The notes under the pieces are model-generated. The model was not told the DNA's origin, did not search any database, and saw only the letters and a program-made list of their open reading frames with translations. The translations under genes were made by a program, and so were the position numbers. From positions 1-6,494 of the forward strand of contig WFME01000040.1 of NCBI GenBank assembly GCA_020137815.1: a stretch of 6,494 bases of DNA, read 5' to 3'. Shown here piece after piece: positions 1 through 6,494 of the stretch (positions within the stretch are counted from its first letter, which is position 1; each line of letters starts with the position of its first letter). Source of the DNA: Hormiphora californensis. Lineage: Eukaryota; Animalia; Ctenophora.

Positions 1-86
1 GTATGGTAGGCAACGTTATTACATTCAATTTTCTCAATTCTAGTGGTACTTTCAAGTCAATATTTAAATCTCTTCTCCATAGCAGA

Positions 87-233
87 ATGGCTAAGACAGA
101 CAAGAAGGGCGCTGTGAGTGCCGGTGGTAAGAGTAAGAGTGTTGCTGTAACTAACAGGTTCAAGAATGGCAAACCCCCCAAACAAGCACTCAAACCAAAG
201 CTACAGCGGAATCGCCCCGGCCACAGTACATAA
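87..233 (+). other. Possible 5' coding exon relic (basic, low-complexity peptide)
   Basis: A pyrimidine tract and TAGCAG acceptor (80-85) precede ATG at 87: MAKTDKKGAVSAGGKSK...PPKQALKPKLQR. No family recognised. Confidence 0.25.
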
Positions 234-517
234 TTGGTTGGACGTTGCTTCCCTTGGGACGCGAAAGTTTACATTAAATGTAACACCTCCAGTTCCAGCG
301 GCATCGCCCCTTGTTACTCTGTCAACTCCTCGGGTGGTTTGACAGTGAATATATATATATTAATTGTGATGGTCATTTTATTCTTTCTGGTATATCATAC
401 GTTTGTTGCCATCGGGGCTTTATGTTTCTAGATAAGGAACAATGTTCTAACATCATCTCTCTTTTAAGATGGGAAAAAATGTCCCAGGTGACCAACTCTG
501 GTAAGAGGAGGAGGGTC

Positions 518-579
518 ACCATAACGATTGGTGCCGTGTCAACCAGGAAGCTCATGAACCAACAACCATAACGATTGGT
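518..579. repeat. 15-bp direct repeat pair flanking 32 nt
   Basis: ACCATAACGATTGGT at 518-532 and 565-579. Confidence 0.9.
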
Positions 580-928
580 CTACAACACCGCCCGATTTGA
601 GTCAGCTCAAAATTCCTAATAATTAACTAATAACAGTATATTTTGTGGATAACGCTCAATTTCAGCTGATTTGTTCTGAGGATGAAGAGTTCATATTTGC
701 TGCATAGTTGGAAGTATACTTATCCCACGGATGATAGAATCAAAGGTGAGGTTGGGCGACCTAAGTGGGAAACTGTCAAGAAGAATAGGAGCCTGCGAAT
801 TTTTTAGGCCCCGATCGATATTCCAGCGGAAGGCAGAAAAGGCCGAAACCATGCTATCTTATCACTTAGTTTTAGAAATTCAGATTTCCTATGTCGATAG
901 ACCCGGAATAATAATGCCGCTAATGACG

Positions 929-976
929 ATTGTGGAGAAGAAACGTTCACAAATTGTGGAGAAGAAAAGGTCACAC
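929..976. repeat. Imperfect 24-bp tandem duplication
   Basis: ATTGTGGAGAAGAAACGTTCACAA / ATTGTGGAGAAGAAAAGGTCACAC. Confidence 0.9.
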
Positions 977-1020
977 ACAGAAAAGTATCACATCCCCTTG
1001 ACACAGCAAAATAAAAGACG

Positions 1021-1761
1021 ACTCATTCCACCACGGAGGATGCTGTTATGAACATTGCTTGGATGAAGAGGTGCTCCAACTGAAATAAGAGACTTGCTTT
1101 TGGAGAAAGGAACAGTTTGAAATTGGAAGGTATCGGGTTGAAAAAAGAGTATACACAATGGACGCAGATTAAGCACCAGATCAAGAACCATTGCTTAATC
1201 AATAAGCATAAAGTTTCATTGAAGAAGCTGGAGTCATCGGAGAAAATGAAGAAAACTTTGGGGGTAACACTTCTTCGTATTTGCCACAAGGACGTGCTAT
1301 GCGGGGCGTCCCACAGGTATGTAATCAGCAATCACTGAGAGAACTGGAGACATGTATCGAAGATAAGATATTATTATTACTAATTAGTAACTATAACCGA
1401 ATTAAACCAAGACTAACCGGAGGAACTATCTAGCTAGTTTCTCATCTACATTTTGATTCCTCTAAATCTAGGCTCTTAGCTCTAAGTAATAACTTCTAAC
1501 TACTAAATTAAACAGCCACATATCAGGATTCAAAAATGTGTCATATTACAGGTCGTACCCAGACGGAGTCGTCTTGTTGTACCGGGCTGGTGTTGAAGTA
1601 GGGAACACTTACCACTCCCGAAACCTCCCTCCTCGTTACATTTCAATGGCCGCAAAAGTGCTCCGGGAGAAGTACGTGGATTACTTCTCGAGGGCCAAAG
1701 AGCTGCTGGGAACCGCACTGCCAATCTCGTTTACTGCGGATGGCAATTCACTCGGGGTCAA
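1021..1761 (+). pseudogene. hAT-superfamily (ZNF862-like) transposase N-terminal fragment, copy 1; two exons (about 1021-1316 and 1552-1761)
   Basis: Splicing the phase-2 intron 1317-1551 (AG|GTATGT...TTACAG|G) joins ORFs 1117 and 1538 into ...KRCSN*NK...QWTQIKHQIKNHCLINKH...LLRICHKDVLCGASHR|SYPDGVVLLYRAGVEVGNTYHSRNLPPRY...PISFTADGNSLGVK, followed by a GTAAGT donor at 1762. TGA at 1081 replaces the second Cys of CxxC. The G-x-x-x-G-N-x-x-H-S motif and the hydrophobic-TADG strand resemble ZNF862-type hAT transposases (recognised from memory). The 5' limit is approximate. Confidence 0.7.
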
Positions 1762-2246
1762 GTAAGTTGTCTTTTCAAAATATACATTGGAAATTGACTA
1801 ATGTGCCACTCTTTTGATTTTATGCAATAATTTTAAAACTGTCACGACTCAAGGTCCGGTCACCCATCGATATAACAACTATCCGGTACACATACACAAT
1901 ATAATACGATTATAATGACGAATATTATAACTAGAATGAAGAAATGATATTATGTTGGTTGAAGGAACAAATGTTACTTGCGCTATAAGGACATCAGTAT
2001 TTGAGATGCCAAAAGTTAACCGGCCTACTGCCTAGTGTCAAGGTCTTGAAAAGGAAACAGAGAAGACAGCTATGATTTATCCCTTTATATGAGAAATGAT
2101 TAATTAATCGCAATACCTTATTTGACGTTTAACTAAACAACGTAATGATCAGAATTGTTCGAGTCGTCATATTGTTGTTGAATGAGGCAAACCAATTGAA
2201 CTGTGGGCCAGTAAAATGCTAAAAACACCATGCCACCACACCAAAC

Positions 2247-2389
2247 TGTGCAGCTCATATATCATTTGTGCAGCTCATATATCATTTGTGCAGCTCATAT
2301 AGCATTTGTGCAGCTCATATAGCATTTGTGCAGCTCATATAGCATTTGTGCAGCTCATATAGCATTTGTGCAGCTCATATAGCATTTGT
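2247..2389. repeat. Minisatellite, 20-bp unit TGTGCAGCTCATATA(T/G)CATT x7 plus 3 nt
   Basis: Seven head-to-tail units without spacers. The first two carry T and the last five carry G at the variable position. Confidence 0.97.
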
Positions 2390-2531
2390 TAATCTATATT
2401 TTATAGTAATGCTGGATTTTCACTGGATGGTGGGTATATTTATTAAATATGGCTGACTAGAATTATAATTTAGATCCATTTAGGAGTTAGACTATATTGA
2501 TTTGGTATATTTCGTATAATAAATCCCTAAA

Positions 2532-2625
2532 CCTCTCCTTCAAGACAAATCTGGCGAAAGAGTTGCTGATCATCTCATGAGGAAACTTGCAGAGAGGGGA
2601 CTAGATGCTGCAGCAGTATCACGGA
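2532..2625 (+). pseudogene. Probable downstream exon relic of hAT copy 1
   Basis: Reads PLLQDKSGERVADHLMRKLAERGLDAAAVSR, resembling the hAT 'sGe.ia..i...L...gl' helix that follows the first catalytic strands. No clean splice acceptor is visible. It ends at a 14-nt tandem duplication. Confidence 0.45.
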
Positions 2626-2648
2626 GACAGTACCACGGAGACAGTGCC
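2614..2648. repeat. 14-bp tandem duplication with partial third copy
   Basis: CAGTATCACGGAGA / CAGTACCACGGAGA / CAGTGCC. Confidence 0.9.
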
Positions 2649-2810
2649 GGCCAGAAAAGGGAGGACTAGGAGTGACACGGACCCGGTTCTCCAATGCACT
2701 GATATTAACGCCATTGTGGAGCAAATGAGAGATTTCCATTTATTAATTACCTGGTTTGTACATGTTTCTCTCATCTCTGGACTCGATCATTTAACATTTT
2801 CAAATTTCAG

Positions 2811-3350
2811 CCGATCTCAGTGGGAGAGCTGGAGGGGAGAGTCAGGTGTTACATTTGTAATAAAGGCCCTGGCTACCCCTAACACCAGGCCGTCGAGACA
2901 CCTGCCCGAACCAAATCGCCCCAGTTTTCCAAAAACTCCACAATATCAAGGCTCATGTGGTGACGAAGGTTCACTTAGCCAACCTCACGGCTATGGGGAA
3001 AGCTAACTACACCGGGAGCGCAATGGAAAACCTGTCCCTCATCGCATATGAAAACATATCGAAAGGTGGATCATTCAGGTATGATCTATTATTATTATTA
3101 TATACACTATAGATTTGAGTGTTCGGTGTCGTGTCTACTTCAATTGCAATTTTCATATCCCAATAGGCAATAACTGTCCATTTCCCAGGGACTACAAGAG
3201 TAAAGTGGCTCTCGTGAGGAAGTGTGGTGGGAAAGTGGGAACATCAACCACAGCAAAGACTTCCCCGCGGTTCATTAACTGTGCGTTCAAGGTTGTTGGA
3301 GACGCATACCGGGAGTATTTTGTCATCTGCACCGTGCAGATGGTGTTATA
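2811..3350 (+). pseudogene. hAT-like transposase N-terminal fragment, copy 2; exons 2811-3078 and 3189-3350
   Basis: After a TTTCAG acceptor: GRVRCYICNKGPGYP*HQAVETPARTKSPQFSK/LHNIKAHVVTKVH...LSLIAYENISKGGSFR|DYKSKVALVRKCGGKVG/NINHSKDFP/RFINCAFKVVGDAYREYF..ICT/ADGV ('/' marks a frameshift). Intron 3079-3188 (AG|GTATGA...CCCAG|G) has the same phase and position as in copy 1. It carries one stop, several frameshifts and a deletion before ADG. Confidence 0.7.
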
Positions 3351-3505
3351 GTATGGACGTAGGGCGAGAGATTTATCAATCTTTCGGCTTTGATTTGAGT
3401 GAGATAGCGACAGTTAGGAAAATAAATTTTACAAAGCGTTTCGTGTCAACTTTATCGATTCTACATATAATATATCGGCCACGAAACTTGACATTTCATT
3501 TTTAG

Positions 3506-3659
3506 CCAAGAGAGAAAGAACCCGAGGTATTCCCTCTTCGTCTCGACCCGAGCCAACATTACAGATGCAGAATGTGTACAAGGCTCTTATCGACCAAGGA
3601 CAAACTCCTGAAAAATCGAGGCATGGTGTTCCAGGAACATTAAATTAGGGCCACCGGGG
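3506..3659 (+). pseudogene. Exon-like relic encoding a degenerate C2H2/C2HC zinc finger
   Basis: Bounded by a TTTCATTTTTAG acceptor and a GTAAAT donor (3660). Reads PREKEPEVFPLRLDPSQHYRCRMCTRLLSTKDKLLK(N)/EAWC. The His position is altered and frameshifted. Confidence 0.4.
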
Positions 3660-4269
3660 GTAAATATATAAATACACGAAAAATATATATTTAACTAGAA
3701 GACTGCGAAAATTCTCGCCGATGCGGCAATTTCCAGTGAGAAATTTAAATCTCTGTTTGTATGAGGCATCACAGCACAGTGCAAAGGTGCCTGTTCCCAA
3801 CCCCAAAGTAGTTATACGTATTTTTCAGTTCTTGCTCTCTCCCCCTTTGCATTTTGCAACACTTTTTGCCTCTCCTAATTGCGCTACCTAGTTACACACT
3901 CCCCTGTACTGAACAGTCCATGCGAACATAGTGACCTTGTAAATTGAAGGGGTATGGCAGGTGCTAAAAACAACAATTCGAGACCAACTAGAGTTCCCCC
4001 AATTCAAGTACTTCAGAAGGGACTTGACAAAGATTGAACTACAACCACGCGGCAGTTATAGCACCAATACGATGGAGACTTTCTCAAGACTGTCTCCCAA
4101 TATTTTATTAAACCAGTTTAAGAAGTATCTTTAGGGTGTCCTTTCGCCATACATATTTCGAGCCGGTCAATACGGTCTACTCAACTCATTCTATGATACA
4201 TGATGCAGTAAGAAAGCTAGTTGGAGCAATCTACCGGTGTGGCGAGGAGGTGCTGAGCAAGAATTTGCC

Positions 4270-4320
4270 GGGTGGCTTTAATGAAAAGTTAAGGAAAAAA
4301 AGCGTAGTGGTGTAGAGTAC
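4270..4320 (+). repeat. 51-bp direct repeat, left copy
   Basis: GGGTGGCTTTAATGAAAAGTTAAGGAAAAAAAGCGTAGTGGTGTAGAGTAC, identical to 5172-5222. Confidence 0.97.
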
Positions 4321-5171
4321 TCTCCCCACACCCATCGCCCAATTCTCATTGCTATGGGTAAAGAAGAGACAATGGACGATGATATTGAAAGGGTGATGAA
4401 GGAGGTGAAGGAGATACTAGAGGGACCGGTAATGATGGGAGAGACGGAGGTGTACGTGGATGCGAGAATGTCCCTGGTAGACGGCAAGTTCAGAAAGAGT
4501 GTGTTGGGGCTTGGCGGGGCCTGGTGTATGCTTTGCCATGTTACACTGGAAACTGGGTGCGGCAGGGGAGACCTCGAGCCTTTTGATTTTTTTTTTATCA
4601 CTCGGGCAGGATCTGAGATACAGGAAAAGTACGACCACCTGAAGGACGAGGATGGATATGTGGCATGTGCCAAGGACAACGGGGGACTATGCAGAGAGGG
4701 CGGGTACTACCTTGGAGCCACTGCCAAAGGATAGTGTAACAATGGAATCTCTTCTTTTTGTTTCACCTCTCCATGCTATTATGCGAGTTTTCTCATGGGT
4801 GCTATTGCTGATGTACCATCTGATGAGTGATACATACAAATGGTCAGAGTCAAAGACTGTGCTTGGACGATCTTACCAGTTCTATGCAGCAGCTAAAGTG
4901 AGAGCTAATGAAGAGGTCAAGGCTAAGACGGGCATTGTGATGGACGCTCCAGACCCCACTGGCAGAGGGGGAACACACTGAAAGGCGATATCTGCAAGAG
5001 GCTACTCAAAAATGAAGGGGCGAGGGAAGTCTTGGTGAGTCTAGTACCATCCATCCACCAACAGGCTTTCCGAGCCCTTTTGGAGGGCCTATGGGTGATC
5101 CTCCATGTTTTCACCATCAACGCGGACCCCAACAGGCATGTAAATGTAGAGGTTTACAGGATGGAGTGCCT
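4321..5171 (+). mobile_element. Internal fragment of a Transib/RAG1-like DDE transposase, with two frameshifts
   Basis: Joining ORFs 4354, 4652 and 5032 (shifts at about 4665 and 4975) gives SPHTHRPILIAMGKE...MSLVDGKFRKSVLGLGGAWCMLC...FITRAGSE...ERAGTTLEP...SPLHAIMRVFSWVLLLMYHL..YKW...TGIVMDAPDPTGRGG/LKGDICKRLL. These match the ordered Transib/RAG1 core motifs: S..C(R/K)P...E, catalytic D(G/E)K (GAC at 4480), CxxC, LH and G..D....G.T..GN...R. The first Asp, the catalytic Glu and TIRs are absent. Confidence 0.85.
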
Positions 5172-5222
5172 GGGTGGCTTTAATGAAAAGTTAAGGAAAA
5201 AAAGCGTAGTGGTGTAGAGTAC
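5172..5222 (+). repeat. 51-bp direct repeat, right copy
   Basis: Identical to 4270-4320. Both copies are preceded by TGCC or TGCCT. Confidence 0.97.
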
Positions 5223-5700
5223 GGTCTGCTCTCTCAATGCAGGCTAGGCCGCTTTGAGAGAGAAGATCTGAGATCCGTGGTGAGAGTGACGAAGAGTAGA
5301 TCCAACTCTTCCATCGCAGGTTAAACCGCGATGCGAGAGATGAGACCAGAGATGAGTAGCGCCGTTCTGGGAACGCGCAACGGAGAGTGAGTAATGCCAG
5401 TATTACTGCGGCACATTTTGAGAAAGTACACCGTACTGCGTTATACGTGCGTGGCTCAAAACTTACTCCACGGATCAGAGATCGAGCAGAGTGGAGTTTG
5501 GAGAAAGAGATATTTCGGGGGAGTTCTCGGCTATCTATTTTAGGGAAAGTTAGGCCTTTGAGAGAACGTATTTGTATTGTATATATCTTTTACTTTGCCG
5601 GCCACGAGAACGTTAGTTTTGCTTGTATCTGGTCAGGTCATAGGCATGGCTACAAGGCGCCGAAGTAAGCAGTCACAGATAACTGCAAGGATGACAGCTC

Positions 5701-6212
5701 AGAGAAGACGGGGGCAAACTATACTGTCAGACGTGTCCCTCTGCAAAAGGGTGGACAGTACCAAAGTTTTCCCGGGATCCAGCTGGCAAAAGGACCCATC
5801 AGTAGAGCAAGCTACTCCACAACATCAAACTCCACCTGAACGGGGCTAGACATGTCGAACGGCAGGAGCAGCTGGAGAGAGCAAGAGAGAGAGAGGGAGC
5901 GAAGATGGGCGATTCTCTCGCAGCAGAGCTGAACCTCCTTAGGCTCATGCACTATGGTGTCCTACATAACCATTCGTACAGGAGTTATGAGGACCTTGTG
6001 TTTTGTGGATCTAAGGGGGGAATGATGGTTGGCAACCAGCACCAGTCACCACTCACGGATGGCCCCTGCTGTGGTTAATATGCGGGAAGTGTTTAATCGT
6101 AAATTAACTGAAAGATTTGGATCGCTCTGAGGTAATTATATATTTAAATGATTTATTTTCTGCCGTATTTTAAACGATGGGGAGGACTGTAGCACCTACA
6201 GTAACTGCAGAT
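5701..6212 (+). pseudogene. hAT-like transposase N-terminal fragment, copy 3 (missed by the ORF track)
   Basis: Frame from 5701: DGGKLYCQTCPSAKGWTVPKFSRDPAGKRTHQ*SKLLHNIKLHLNGARH...LNLLRLMHYGVLHNHSYRSYEDLVFCGSKGGMMVGNQH/HSRMAPAVVNMREVFNRKLTERF. A putative intron starts at 6132 with a decayed acceptor, then GRTVAPTVTAD ends at 6212. TAG at 5803 aligns with the Trp of copy 1. The zinc-finger region aligns without gaps to copy 2. Confidence 0.7.
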
Positions 6213-6233
6213 CATTGACGCTGGGTACACACT

Positions 6234-6420
6234 TGTACTGAATTCTATCTGAGGTGTATTCGGATGCTCCTGGAGGCCTTCTTTGACAAAAATCTGTCTG
6301 TTGGCGAGCGGATATACCGGGTATGGTTCGTGAAGACGTTCTTCGTGGTGTGGGAGAAAGGATCTGAGAACTTTATAACGGATTCATCATATCCTGATCT
6401 CTCTCTCTCAGCTAACGTTG
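6234..6420 (+). mobile_element. Probable P-element-superfamily transposase internal fragment
   Basis: CTEFYLRCIRMLLEAFFDKNLSVGERIYRVWFVKTFFVVWEKGSENFITDSSYPDL resembles the T..YL....AF.D..L...ERIY..W...F..W...NFIT...Y segment I recall from invertebrate P-like transposases, upstream of the SQ..E motif. No catalytic motif is present in the window. Confidence 0.55.
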
Positions 6421-6494
6421 CTCTTCCAATATCTGCCGATAGCTGATAGCATCTTGCGATCATACTCAGTGAATTTTTTAGTTAGAGGGTAGGG

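Noticed and set aside
430-752. Further exons (after TTTCTAG at about 429 and TTTCAG at about 665)
   Set aside because: Splice-like signals exist, but the frames are short or stop-interrupted and no family can be assigned.
1840-1847. TGTCACGA as the start of a Gypsy-type LTR
   Set aside because: No second copy, TSD or defined CA end could be identified.
2247-2389. CRISPR array
   Set aside because: Units are head-to-tail with no spacers, there are no cas genes, and the context is eukaryotic.
3775-3781. CACAGTG (RSS heptamer or Transib TIR start) upstream of the Transib fragment
   Set aside because: No nonamer at 12 or 23 spacing and no matching right end seen. About one such 7-mer is expected by chance in a window this size.
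4321-5171. Bona fide RAG1 gene or RAG1-RAG2 (ProtoRAG) transposon
   Set aside because: It is a frameshifted fragment with DGK rather than DEK and lacks two catalytic residues. No kelch or PHD RAG2-like sequence was recognised on either strand.
4270-5222. LTR or TRIM retroelement with 51-bp LTRs
   Set aside because: The repeats lack TG...CA ends, no PBS or polypurine tract is evident, and the interior is DNA-transposase sequence.
373-6463. Minus-strand ORFs of the ORF track and + ORFs 234, 731, 2605, 3224, 5387, 5577 as real genes
   Set aside because: They are mostly antisense shadows or off-frame and intron-spanning readings of the + strand transposase relics, with no recognisable motifs of their own.

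Overview
Eukaryotic, probably animal, DNA: there are GT-AG introns with pyrimidine-rich acceptors and no intact gene. Read across frames and splice sites, the window is a mosaic of decayed DNA-transposase fragments, all on the + strand. It holds three divergent copies of one hAT/ZNF862-like N-terminal module (CxxC...HxxxxxH zinc finger, GNxxHS motif, first catalytic 'TAD' Asp) at about 1021-1761 (plus 2532-2625), 2811-3350 and 5701-6212. It also holds an 851-nt internal piece of a Transib/RAG1-like transposase (4321-5171) lying exactly between two identical 51-bp direct repeats, and a probable P-superfamily transposase fragment (about 6234-6420). Weaker relics are a zinc-finger exon, a possible Merlin-like motif and a possible Helitron 3' end. 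A 20-bp minisatellite (7 copies), several short tandem duplications and a hairpin cluster are also present. Family assignments come from motif recognition by eye, not database searches. The most notable points are the repeat-transposase fragment-repeat cassette and the co-orientation of unrelated TE fragments, which suggests a piRNA-cluster-like TE archive.
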